Below the pieces are notes generated by a model. The model worked only from the letters and a program-made list of their open reading frames with translations. It did not search any database and was not told where the DNA came from. This document shows, piece by piece, positions 27,001 to 40,269 of a DNA stretch of 64,000 nucleotides. A program made the translations under genes and the position numbers. Origin of the DNA: Nageia nagi (taxonomy: Eukaryota; Plantae; Pinophyta); assembly GCA_050084985.1 (NCBI GenBank), contig JBITNC010000001.1, positions 130,200,001 through 130,264,000 on the forward strand, read 5' to 3'. Within the stretch, counting starts at the first letter, position 1; each line of letters begins with the position of its first letter.

Positions 27001-30000
27001 GATAGTAACAAATATAGCTTTGTGACAATGTTGAAAGTAACAAACAATTTAATTGAACAAAGTAGCGCATGTAATGTATCTAAAGTAAAAACATTTGGCA
27101 TCAAGAAACATGACACACCTGCTAAGCTTTTGCACCCAACTTATTTTGATATGCTGCAAATATCCTTGTTGATAGTCCTTTTTGTGAGGTATCAAATCTT
27201 TCATCAATGGAATTCCAACAAGAAGTTATTCAAACTCTTCCAAACTTTGTCATTTCAAAATAAATAGCATGATAACTAACATACTAATACAAATACTAAT
27301 GTTAACTAACAAAAATAATAATTTTAAATAACATGAATTCAACATCTTCCTGCAATAAATAAGTAGCATGATATACAAGTTCATGTAGAGTAGAAATAAA
27401 ATCAATTAGCACTTAAATAATTTAAAGATCATGAAACTTGTGTACAAATATAAATCATTAAAGTTAGATCACACTTTTTACCTTCGTGTGGTAGAAGTGA
27501 ATTTTAAATATCATCATTGATCTTATTAACCAACTAATTATATTATGATAATGGCTATATTCATTACTTGTTCAATAAAGCTTGCATTATCCACCTACAA
27601 TAACATATATATAATAAATAAATAAATTACTTTTCAAGAAAAGAAGAAATACTGTATATAAAGTAAAATATGAATTGATTATAACATTATGATAAATCAT
27701 AATCCAATAAATAAACTATAATCCAACTACAAAAATTATGAAAACTTTGAAAATTAACAATATTATTATAAACTAAAATTTCTTGATACCTTTCTTTTCT
27801 AAAAAAATCCAACACTTTAACCACTAAGGCAAATGGAATGGTTTAGATAATCCCATGAGCTTGCACTTATGTGAATCTGAAGGCACATGACCATTGTAAT
27901 TGAAGTTGGCATGAGATTCAAATGTGGAAAAATATGTAATAACCTGATTACTAATTGGTTGAATCTTTAATTTAGCAGAAGCTAACAATAAATTTAAATA
28001 TGAAAAAACATGTGGCAGGGGTTATCCAAAGATCAACATGAAACTATAATATAGATGAGATTTAGTTCACCGAATACAAACAGGTTAACATATTTCATTC
28101 CAAGTTGCATTTATGTTTATTCTTATCTATTATATACACCTTCCCTAATGCTTTCTATGTAAATCAAGTGCACTTGCTCTTCTACTACAGTAAATGCAAA
28201 TGCCATGTCGTATTTTGTTGGAGTAGTGTTTTGGTGGCATAAAGGTTGAGCTAAACTTGATCACATTGACTGAACCAATAAAGATACAAAAACTCTTTAG
28301 TAGCACTGATGAATTAAAACAAAGGTTGTACTGGCCTTATTTGAAAACAAAGAAACATGTATAGAAGAATGATTATATGTATATTAATAAGCATTGATGA
28401 CATAATTCCAAGTCCTGTAATAAGTAATGTTATATTGATTGGATTTTCAAGCCAGTAATACTCCAACGGATGAAATTTAGACAATAATCTATGATGACAC
28501 TTATTTTTTATCAGCTTTGAACTTAGATGAATTGATCTTACTTAGACACATTGTTATTCCAAAAAACTTATTAAGATCTTATTGCTTGTTTACATGTGTT
28601 TGAGGTTGAATGGGTACAATAATTCTTTGAAGTGACTATTTAAAAGAAATAGAATGCAGGTATAAATGCTATCAATGATATTTCAATTTATGTTCACATT
28701 TCAATTCAACAAATTTAATCAAGTACCTATGTACTTGTAGTAACTTCTCGAAAGTAAGTGGGCATGCATCATGGTTTTCTAGTTTATGAAATCATGTCCA
28801 TGAAGTTTTTATCCTGTAATAAAGCTTTAAAGCTTTCTTACTCAGAGCAAGTACATTGCAGCCAACTTATGAATTTCTTAAAAAAATGCTATGAGATTTG
28901 TTTTGAATTACATTATATAATTTTAATAGCACTTTGTCTTTGAGAAGTTCAATCAAGTAGAAGCGAGATGAAGTGTACATTATTACCCACTTAAGAACGA
29001 TGGAGAAAACTCCTGATTTATATTACTCATAGGAAACTGATCTAATACTCAAGTGAGTGTTCACTCTTTTTTTTTGTGTTGTACAGACATCATATATGCA
29101 TGTTTCTATTGAAGTATCTTATTTTGCATTTTCATCAAATATTTAGAAGAGAGAAACAATTTCACTCTTAATACATTGATAACTGTGTTTACTTTTGTTG
29201 CATGGAGGCTTAATGCATATATGAATTAACATAAATAGGACTATTTTAAAATCTATTAACAATACTACTATAAATAAAAATATCAAAAGACCGTGGGACT
29301 CCCAACCAACGACTCTTTAACCTATTACAAATGGTATTCCAACAAAAGTTTATATTTTTGTATAAAAAATGTTTTTTTCTTGCATAGCAGGAAATTTTAT
29401 TAATAAGAAATTAGTTAAGCATCAATGTTGCAACAACTCTATTGATTATTTGTAAATATTATTTAACAAATAAGTTGGGGAGATAGATTGTTAACGATGT
29501 ATTCCTCTTAAACACTTTTAATGCAGCTTCTGTGTATTTATGGTACTGTCAAATTATGAATCTTTCAATTTATGTCCTAAATTTAAGAATTGAACTTGGA
29601 GTTGAATTGCTGACAAAATATTCCTCGTAAAAACCTTTTAATGCAGTTTCTATGTATCCATTGTACTGTCAAATTATGCATCTTTCAATTTCCAATATAT
29701 CGTTACAGAAAAATATAAACCCTAGACATGCATTTAGCCTTACCGACGAACATGCTCTCGTGAAGTTAATATAAACCATGCATGATGCAACAGTTTCTTG
29801 TATACGATTCAAAGTAAAAGAGCTATGCACGACCTCCATTACTTACTTTCTTATTCCACCCTCTTGAAAGTAGAGATAAAAAACTCTACAGAACATAAAA
29901 GTAAGTTTAAATGGTATCTTTATTTACTACAAATTCATCAAAATAAATGTTCATGGGGGTGGGGGCATCTGTAAAAATGATAATCTAAAAGTTAGAAATA

Positions 30001-30571
30001 AACAACGGAGGCCCCAACATCGATTGATTATATTTTTACTTGTATTCCTCTACAGCGCTAAGCTAGCATTTCTAAATATTTTCCCAGTTGAAAAAGGAAA
30101 GAGTATAAAGGTAAAATTGAATTTGGCGCTGCACTTACAAACTTGAGAAGGTCCGTGATTCTATCCAACGATTCAGTCTAAGGGGTCAAGGTTGAGCTCT
30201 AGTAGACTAGCAGCACTAGATTCAGGAACAAGAAAATGAAGACATGAGCAATAGCATCCTGATTCCCAAATTACTTCCTAATGCTAACAAATCAACGATG
30301 ATCTTGCAGTTGCATGGATGCAATATAGCAGAGATCTTTGATTGGTTGATTGAAATTTGGTGTTGCACCACTATCAGATTATTAATTACATACATTAAGT
30401 TTCAAATTCCAACTACTAGTACTAACAAAAATACTATTATTAATAGAAAAAAAATTTTGATGGGTAAATTTTGAAGTCACCCTTCAAATAAAAATTTAGA
30501 AAATATTTTACCCTTCCTTAAGTATTTCTTTTTTTACTTGTTAAATGATAGACAATTTTAAATGAGCCCTT
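24083..30571 (-). mobile_element. Putative extent of the hAT element
   Basis: Weak degenerate TIR (gctcaatcaaattt at ~24087 vs aattttaaatgagc at ~30554-30567). Subterminal ggg(c/t)gatt occurs three times at 24104-24160, with gtcaccc near 30476. Confidence 0.35.
24770..26805 (-). pseudogene. hAT-superfamily transposase (ZNF862/C17orf113-like; DUF4371 and dimerization domain)
   Basis: FYSILLDKSTDKN (DESTD-like), GFGSDGALAMRG, SICCITHHEALA (CxxH), C-terminal TILASTTFCERGFSKINSIK..KSRLS (~24880-24990); N-terminal KRSFRPTW. Multiple stops. Confidence 0.92.
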
Positions 30572-31997
30572 CTATGATGGATAAAATGATCTATGATGGG
30601 TATTGATGGGTTGAATTTTGATCCCTCAATAGTGTATGTTAGAGGAGTTAATGGTTAGTAATAAGAAGTTAAATTCGATTTTTTTTCCTTTTAAAAAGTT
30701 CCTTATAACTTAAATATTTTCCATGGATATTGTAAGAGAACCTTGAATGAATTTGATAGAATATATAGGGATCCTCATGAAGCTAAAGCAAATTCATGTA
30801 AAAATAATGGTTTTTCAATATATATATATATATAAAGTTTTATTATTTCTGTATATTATTTTTTATAGATTTTATATATTAAATATACATCATGCTTACA
30901 TATTTATATTATATCTATCTTTTTAGATATTTACATTTAATGTAGAAGATTTTATATAATTTTTAATATTTTGATATTTTAGGTTTATTAGGACTATGCC
31001 TTGGTTGTAAATTTTACTTGTAGTCTATCATATCTTGTATTTTTATGACTCTTTGTTATAAGTTAACTTTTATCTAGTATTTCATCCACCATATGTTAAA
31101 AGATATTGGGTTCTTCATTAAACAAATTACAAAGAATGTTTAATAGTATATTGGTGTATTTCCCAAAAAAGATCAAATGAGTTAGATAATTTATGGAAGA
31201 TTTGAACTATCAATAAGAGTTTTGAAATACAAAGTACCATCATCCTACATTGGACACCTTGTTTCAATATGATATGACCATGCTACAATATGGTAGATGA
31301 AATATGAAATTCAATGTCATGACATCATGAAAGTACATTAATGCGATTTCATTTATTAGAGATTCATATAAATTGATCATACATTAATCTATGAGTGAAA
31401 TGAGAGGAGCACAAAATATAATAACATATAAAGAATATGCCAAAGATATGGAGAAGGATATACAAAGTAACATGCAAGCAAATAAAACTAAGAAAACATG
31501 AAAATTTATCATCTTGTATCCTAATAACTTTATAAAACTTAATTGATGATTAAAAAATTGACTAATAAATCATAAATATTAATGTTAACCTTAATATTAA
31601 TTGATATAATTTTTTCTCAATTTTTATTTTATTTTATTTTATGGCTTATTATATAATAATGAACAAACACTTAACTATATAATGTTATTATACTAACTAT
31701 GTAGCTTAGAAGGATCAAAGTTGATATCCATATAGTGAGGTTTTCAAATGTCTACAATGTTTACAAAGGTTACAACATTTAAGTTTGTATTTAATATATC
31801 TTTCTTGAATACTTCAGACATGACCTCCTTATGTATATGAGAGATTTTAAATAATTCATATAAGGAGATCTTTATTTGAGTATTTTTTAGTCGATCAATG
31901 CGACTATATTATCTTGCATTAGATGATATGAATACCTTCTCATTTATAACTAGATTCATAATAGATTTTTGATTTGTAAAGTTTAGTAGCCTATGGT

Positions 31998-32826
31998 TGT
32001 CAAGGATGCACCATATACGAGTTGATCACACTTGAATTCCAAGTACTTATGGAAAATAAATTACATACCAAACACACAAAATTGATGCACATAGATTTAC
32101 CTTGATAAACCAAATTCCTCAGAGAAAATCCCAACAATGAAAAGAAGAATTTTTATTAATGATGAACTCTCCTTCATATAATGTTGTTCCTTGATCAAAA
32201 TACTTACTTCCAATCACAAGCCAAAAGATCCATATCATTCAAACATTTGAAGATCTCTCTCACCACAATAGACATACTCCTTAATAATGGTCACAACAAT
32301 ATGTGTTAAGTAGCACATACCAAATTTACCACTAATTTGACATGCTCTCACTTAACACAAATTACCACCTTCACGTCATGCAATTCATATTAGCACAAAA
32401 TACATGATTACAAAATTATAATGACTCCATCAAAAAGAGATCACAAGAATGGACATCATTCTTAAATGATTGAATGATCCATGGAATATTTCTTGAGATC
32501 TTCTTGCCATTGATATCTCCTTTCTTGGAAACACATCCATGGGTCTATCTGCCTATTTAATTACATTTTTGCATGGAGTACTAACATACACATATAGTAC
32601 TCACTTAAAACGTTATCCTTGCCATTTAGGTATTTACTAAATACTCATAACATGCCCAAGGCATGGAATTCCTCACAAAAGGGAATAAAAATACTCTCAT
32701 GCATACAAATATGGAGTTCTTCGTATAAAATAAATTAATCTTTTTATACTCCATTAGCCACTATTAATAATTATATCATAAGGCTAAAATGGTGGATATG
32801 ATTATAAATGAGATATTCTTTCAACA
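31998..32826 (-). mobile_element. Probable Copia-type solo LTR
   Basis: TGT...TCAACA ends; contains cacatagatttaccttgataaacc...gagaaaatcccaac, resembling a common Copia LTR motif; non-coding. Confidence 0.5.
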
Positions 32827-33379
32827 AATGCTCACTTCCCATTTACAGTCTAATTCTTTCTTTAACAAATTTAATTAATTTCAATATTTAACAAATTTAA
32901 AATAAACTATTAAAAATAATAGTAACTAAAGATTACTATTATCTTAACACATTTTTATCCTCATTCCCAAAAATATCTAAAACCAATTCTCTAAAACATG
33001 AATGTGGAGGTAGGTTAACCAACTTTCAAAAATAAAGAAATGCTTTACCAATAAAGAGATTCCAAACACCAAATACCATTAACCTCCAATTATAGGTAAA
33101 TGAAATCACCTTTTACCAATTGACATACTTAAGGATGGTGGTAAATAAAGTTTGACTGGATTTGACCTATAGTTGCCCCAACTCACCTAACGACTCTCCA
33201 TAGTACACATTGGTTGTCAGTATTTTGAAATTAAATGAAATAACAAAATTAAATTACATCCAAGAGATCCAAACATGGTTTATGGAACCCTCAACTTGAA
33301 GTTTTGAGCAGGTTATTCCTTCTTCTACTAATTTAGATTAATAAATCACCATATTTTTTTATTTTACTATCTTCAAATA

Positions 33380-34800
33380 GCTTTATCATAGAACCCTTTC
33401 TAAGTGTTTCTTTATATTTTCCATGAATATCTGAAAAACTCAAACATGTATAAATGAAGTGTTCCTTTGTCTCTATTACCCCTATGCTACATAACATACA
33501 TATCCTTTCCTCTCATAGCTCTTTGGATGTAATCGATCTCCTTATTTCACATATAAGCCTATGGGAGCTTGTCCTTATTTGGGAAATTAGAATTTTCTTT
33601 TGCCATTTGATTTCAGCTCATATATAACCTTTTTCCCCAATGTGGTCATATGTTAGGTTAAACTTTACAATGTAGTATTCTCTTTTCTTGCTTGTATTTT
33701 TCAATATTCCACTTGTAAATTTTTTATTTGCATATTACTTGATATCTTTGTTGAAGTTTGGGCATTCATTTATATTATTTTCCTAGCATTGCATCTATTT
33801 ATGATTTTATTTCATCATGTGCTCTTTCACCTATGTAGTTCTTCATCCCTAGCTACTCTAGGCCATATGTTATTTTTCATGATTTCTATTTTTTTCAAGT
33901 AGCATAACAGTTTGGTCATAGTAGTTTCTTCTAAAGGAAATATTCCAACTTTAGGTAGAATGATTTTATAGGGTGTCGTGGCCTTAATTTTGAGAAAATT
34001 TGTAATTAGAAATTTTTGAATCCTTTCTATTTTTCTCTATTTCGTATTTGTTATGCTATTGGCCTATAATTGCAACCATACAATAAAATTGATGTAAGAA
34101 GTAGGCCAAATAAGACCTTGGTGATCTTCCAATCCCACACCTCAACATTCCTGCACCTATTTTGAAGTGCATATAGAGCTCTCCAACCACTTTGTGTTCT
34201 TTTCATCCTACATGTATTCCAAGTGATATTGTTATGAAAGTCTATACCTAGGTATTTGTATTCTTTCACTGCCTTAAGAGTTTCTTCGAAAAACTGAAAT
34301 TCAAGTTGTTGCTTCTTTCTTTTCATTGAAAAAATCATGATTTGTGTTTTGCTCATGTTCACTTGCATCCCAACTTCTGTATAGAAGAATTCTAGAGCTT
34401 GGAGGTGATCTTCTTGATCTTTGGCCATTTTGGCTATAAGAATTACATCATTTGCGTACATGAGAAGTTTCAATACATACTTTGCTAAGTACATACCCTC
34501 TCCCCCAAATCTGTTTATCCATTCTTCTAACTTATCAATATACAATCCAAATAAAGTCATAAATAATGGGCATCTTTGTTTGATGCTTATGTCACTACAA
34601 AAATATTAGATAACCCCTCTTGTATTCTAATTCTAACCTTTACATGCTTATGTAGTCTCTGAATTGTTTCCCTATATTAAATTAGAACCTCTAGCTCTTC
34701 CATTCTACTAAGGTACTATGTCAAATACTTTTTTAAAGTCTACAAAATAGCAAAAAGCCTTTTTTTTTTGTCCCATATTCTTTGTACTATGTGTCTGAGT
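33380..34800 (-). mobile_element. 5'-truncated non-LTR retrotransposon (RTE/RTEX-like LINE), RT and C-terminus
   Basis: FVDFKKVFD, IKQRCPL, LFGLYID, LLMYAND (YADD), VNMSKT, EYKYLGI; C-terminal RTSSHRL..EERICMLC...ETKEHF..C. Confidence 0.9.
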
Positions 34801-34809
34801 GTTCCAATA

Positions 34810-35010
34810 TTTTGATATGCGTATGTTCCAATACACAACGCACTCAATCAAGCGGGTCCCTGCATAATGCCATGGTGACTGACGTGACCCTTCATTGGCA
34901 ATTCCATGTGTGCCTAACCCACTCTTAAGGCGATTTCACATGCACAGCCCAAACAAGCTGACGTGACCTCGTCCATATAAACACACTTAAGTTGACCAAT
35001 AAACGTCACA
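34810..35010 (+). promoter_or_regulatory. Promoter-like CpG-retaining segment
   Basis: ctgacgtgacc twice (34879, 34958), acgtca at ~35003, CCAAT boxes, tataaa at 34976. Confidence 0.4.
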
Positions 35011-35930
35011 TTTACTAAGATAGCCCTATTAAATTTTTTATTACACAAATAACCCTTGTGATTAACCATCCGTCCTTAACTAACTATGTTCAAACCTTTC
35101 CCGGATCGAAATGCTTAAAGAGTTGCATTTTTTTTGCTTTTCTCTACAAATTCATCTCAGTGTCTTCATTCTGAGTGATTGAACCGCTGCTTGTGAGATT
35201 ATAGAGGGTGGCTTCAAGGAGTAGAGTTATGAAACGTGTGTAGAAAACCATGGTTTCCAGGTTGGACAAGTTTGGTCCAAACAAAACTTCTTAGATGGAT
35301 CGAACCTGTGCAGTTCAGTCTAGCCCGAGTGATACTGCAATCATGATCTTCATTTTTTCTTCACCTTTCTAGTGATCGTGCTATTGAGAAAATTTAAAAA
35401 TTGACACCATGGACTGATAAAATCTATTTATTTGAAAACCTGTATTTTTTACTTGGCCAATGGGTCTTGCAAAATAAAAATCGTTCTATCAATTTGTTAT
35501 TTTTTGCTTTTGTACCTCACGTCATGCACTACTTTTCCATCATTTTTCTGTTGTCTACATTGACCAACAAAACCTTAAAATTTGTTCCTATGTTTTGCAC
35601 AATTTACCTATCATATAATGTCACTGTGGTGTTCACTAGCCAACTGATGCGCACATTTTGCAAACGTTCAGATTGTCACTTACCTTGCTATCTAGTATCA
35701 TCAAACCTATGTTGGAGAAATCTATTGCTGTGAGTACTACCAAACCCTCGAATTCTCTACCAACCCTCCGTTATTGCCTTCCAACTCTCACTAACTTGTT
35801 TTGCTGATAGAAAAAAATTAATGATCATGAAATATAATGTTGACTTGAAGGCTATTTCTGTAATAAAAAAATTTAATAAGGCTATTTCAGTAAATGTTTG
35901 GTTTGTGAGGGCCACTAAAGTAATTTTCCC
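34985..35930. mobile_element. Non-autonomous Mutator-like (MULE) element with ~85-bp imperfect TIRs
   Basis: Left arm acatttactaagatagccctattaaattttttattacacaaataaccctt matches the reverse complement of the right arm (acatttactgaaatagccttattaaatttttttattacagaaatagcctt). Right end reads GGGAAAATT inward. Confidence 0.65.
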
Positions 35931-36630
35931 TTTTTTTAAATTGTTATTAATTTGGTATTTGGGGTCTCACTTAATGGGACTTAAACATATTTAGTTTCTC
36001 AATGCATTTTAAATGGTATTCAAACAATTTTAAACCTTTACATTTTTAAAATATAAAATAAAAATAATAACTTTTAATTACTAGCAATTACAACTTTATG
36101 CATATCCTTCCATCATAGCAATCATTAAAATTGCATTTTGATGATAAATAATTTCATGTTTCATAACCATGGTAAATTCTTATTACAAGTATATAATCAT
36201 TATTTGAAATATTTTAATCATTTTTCATTTATAAATGCAATGTGTTTTTTATATATTAAAAACTCATTTATGTTATATGCATAGTAGAAAAACCAAATTT
36301 TCATGAATTGTGTAATAAAATGGATGTTTGAAATTGTTATGGACCAAAGTTTTCACTTCTATCATTAAAGAATTCCAATAATAAAATCTAGACAATAATT
36401 TCTAATAGTTGAATATACTAAATATGCTCTAATTCTAGCCAATTTGTTTTTGGTATTTTTATCCATGGACTATGCAAATTTTGCATGAATCTATAAAGAA
36501 ATTACTATATAGAATTTGAGTCCAGATGGATGATGCAAATACAGACAAAACATAATAGAATGCTTGTATTTCCTTTAAGTATTTCTTCTTTCATCTTTGT
36601 GATTTTTGCACCTCTTTTTTCAGTTCTTCA

Positions 36631-36835
36631 GTCTACAATTACATAGATTTTGGAAAAATAGTTCAATACCATAACTTTATAGTATTGAAAAATAAGGCTT
36701 TAAAAATACCCTATCAATATATATAGGCATCTATAATTGCATAGATTTTGGAAAAATAGTTCAATACCATAACTATATAGTATTGAAAAATAAGGCTTTA
36801 AAAATACCCTATCAATATATATAAGCAGCTACATT
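36631..36835 (+). repeat. Near-identical tandem duplication, ~99-bp unit
   Basis: catagattttggaaaaatagttcaataccataact...ccctatcaatatatata occurs twice. Confidence 0.92.
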
Positions 36836-37978
36836 CACTTTATAATATGATGCCAACAATTAACAACATTGTTTATTTTTATACATTTTTAATAACATTT
36901 TTTTTGTAAAAATAAAATGAAACGAGGTTTATTTTTACTTGAAATCATGCACCATTTCATCACTCGCAATAATGTCCCTTGCAATAATATTGGATAAAAA
37001 TTTGGTTGTAGTATGGAATTAATTACATAGTTGAAGATTCTTCACAACTCTAATAATGGTTCATGTTAAATCCTTTGTACAAGTATATACTCATGATTTG
37101 AAATATTTTAATTATTTTTAATTTATGTTATGTGCTTAGCATGCAAACCAAATTTAGAATTCCATAGTTCTCACTTCTATCACTAAAGAATACCAATGCA
37201 AGAAGTTGGGTCCATTTTAAGGCCAAAAAGTCGAATTGCTTTGATTTCAAGTTTGGGTATGATTGATCTCAAGGTATTTTTTAAAATCCTTTCAGACAAA
37301 GATACCTAACACATTAGAGTTTATCCTGGATATTTTTCATAATATTTGAATATTGGGCATGTTTGTTGTTTTGAAAAGTGCTCGTGTACGTCCACTATAA
37401 TTTGATATAAACTTAATCTTTTTTCATTTTTTTTATTCTTATAAAGAATTCTGTGAATCTTGTCCCTATATAAGTTTTTTCATAACTCAAAAAAAAAACT
37501 TATTAAGAAAATACGAGAGCCTCATATTTCAAGTATATAAATAATTTTTACTAAAAAATAAATATAAAATCATATCCAATTATAAAATAAATTACATATT
37601 TGAAATGTAAACTCTTTAATCTATAATGGGTTTTAATTTCATGAAATAATTCTATCAAAAACTCCATCAAATGTATACCTAAATTTGAGATTTTTCATTA
37701 ACATTACCATGAAAATATACTTATAGGTCCAAGGCTAAGTGTTGGATCACCAAGCCTTTTTCAATCTTAAATTTGAGAAAAAATCAGAGATTCAAATATT
37801 GAGATCTTGATAAATATATATATTTTAGTTTTAAATATCAAGATCCTAATTTTTACAACATTGAATTTTAACTTTGCTAATTTTCCCCACTTCCCCTTTA
37901 ACTGGACTCAACTTCTCACATTAAGGGATAATTTTTAATAGTTGAATATACCAAATATGGTTTAATTCCAAACAAAAT

Positions 37979-40265
37979 TGTTGAACAAGGTGTAATGACA
38001 ATGTTGTCATTATTGTCAACACACTCAATGGACCTAGTTGGTGCAGTAATGAGTTATTTAGTGCTTGTATAAAGGTATTTAGTGATGTTGAAGATATGGT
38101 TGGCGCTTGGTTAAAATTGTTGCAAGTAATTTGTGCAAATTTGCAAAAGTCATCAAAAAGTTGTAAAAATATTATAAAACATGTAAAATCTATCAAAAAA
38201 TTGTTTAGAGCTTTTTGGATATGTTTGGTATGTATGTGAACATGTTCATTTCTTGAAGAAAGTTGATTCATATCATTCTTGGAAAATTTCAAAAGCTACT
38301 GTTAAGTTGTGAAAATTGTAAAAGTTATCAAAAAAATCAATTGTTAAAAATGTTGCTCATACGTGTCAATGGACCATGTTGGATGGCTCAACATGTCATT
38401 TAAAGTCTTATTTTTTAGTTGGAAGTGAAGTTGCAATGTCAATATAGTTTTGGATGGAAGTTGGTACTATTTTGGACTTCTTGATAAGTTTGTTGGAACA
38501 TGTCAATTTTGAGTGCAATGCATGGTCAAACTAGTAAGATCAGTATTGAGCAGATCATCATATCGAAAAACATGTTATAATAGTGTTAGAGGTATCAGTT
38601 TGATGTTTGGACCAAACATTTGCATTGTTAGTACTTGGTTGGATAATTTTGCACTTTTTCAGATAGGAGTAAAATTAACATTAAAGGTTATTTTGAAGGT
38701 GAAATATTAAAACAACTATGAATATTTAGATCATAAAATATTAACTAAAAGTATTTGGTACTAATATGTGTATACGGTTTAAATTTTAAGTCAAACAAAA
38801 ACCTAAGGTAGAAATGACATGAGTTGTAAAAAGCTAATTTCTCACTTTTGCCTCTTTTAGAAATTTTTATGAGACAATGGTAAAATCCTTCATATCTTGT
38901 TACAAATTTTGAAATTTGATGATTGATTGATGATCAACTCATCAAAATGAACAACTTTAATTTTTGAATGGAGTTGTTTCAAGGTCTCTAGTTATAAAAT
39001 CTAATGAGGTTAAGCTTCTATTAGGTAAGTTGCATAAGAGAATAATTCTAGGTGGGATGTTCGTATCATAAGAATATTTGGTAGAAGGAATATGAGGAGT
39101 TACAAAAAGGAGTTAAAAATAAAAATTGGTATATGAGAATATTATGTCATAAAGAAGTTGTGGAATAAGGAGTTACATAATTGGTAGATGATAAATGGAA
39201 AATGAGAATATGAGAGTTACATAAAGGAGTTACAATTGGTAGGTGGCATACTAGAATGTTGTGTCATAAAGAAATTACATAAAAAAGGAGTTAAAAAAGA
39301 AAAATATAAAAGAGTGTTTCTTCAAGATTTTGGACATGCTATTATTTTTGGGAATGAAAAGAGTGGTGGATGTAGAAAAATTATGGATGTGTTTAAATAT
39401 TTGTGTGTTGTGCGAACAATAATATGATTATGACCATCAGGGTGAATGGAAGAAGAGTTTGTACTAGACCACTCAAGGTTTTTAGAACAAAGAAATTTTT
39501 TACTACAACTTGGTAAGATTGTCAAGTGGGTTCTTAGTGATAGGGTTGATTCTTTTTGTAATTGGTGTTATAAGAGATTAGGTCGAGTATGTGCTTGGCT
39601 ACAAAGGTTAGTGCTCCTTGCAGTTGGTGCTATAGAAGTTCAAGTTAGTTGGTGCTATGAAAAAATTAAAAATAAACTTTTTGATGTGGATTTGGATGGG
39701 AGTCCGAATAGTCTATTGGTATAGTGGGTTTTTCCATATTGGGTTTTAACTATAAATTTAGTGTTGTATGATGCTTATTTATAAAATTTCCTTATTCAAT
39801 TTGAGCTTCTTGAAAGTATTTGTTAGTGTAATTGGGATAAATTTTAAGTTACATTAATTCACCCCCTTCTCAGTGTCATGACTAGTTTAACAATTGGTAT
39901 CAGATAGAGGTTCCTAAATAGGCTCAATCAATGAGGGAGTAAGTGACATAATGGCTAGTGGTGAAGGCTATCTCTTTAAAAAGGTACAACAATTTGATGA
40001 AATAAACTATACATTTTGGAGACTCAATATGCAGACATATCTTTATGCTTTAGGATATGATATTTGAGAATCAATAAGAAATGGATACACAATACCCTCC
40101 ACTCCTCTGGCTAATGCTATAGGAAAGAAATTATTTGAGAATGATTGAAAGGCAAATAATACGATCATGTGTGTATTGGTAGATAGTGAGCTGGTTAAGA
40201 TTATGGGATGTAAAATAGCAAAAATAATTTGGGATAAGCCGAAGAGCATTCATGAAGGAGACAAC
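37979..40265 (+). mobile_element. Ty1/Copia (Sirevirus-like) 5' LTR + PBS + start of gag, truncated
   Basis: LTR TGTTGAAC...GTTTAACA (37979-39892) with attcacccccttct near its end; PBS tggtatcaga at 39895; gag follows. Confidence 0.85.
39951..40265 (+). pseudogene. Copia gag N-terminus
   Basis: MASGEG..FDEINYTFWRLNMQTYLYALGYDI*ESIRNGY...KANNTIMCVL..ELVKIMGCKIAKIIWDK..SIHEGD. Confidence 0.9.
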
Positions 40266-40269
40266 TTAG

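Noticed and set aside
35401-35733. 110-aa ORF as a host gene
   Set aside because: Non-ATG start, no recognisable domain, and it lies inside the TIR element.
37921-39724. Several 60-123 aa ORFs
   Set aside because: They lie within a Copia LTR and have no domain similarity; likely chance ORFs.
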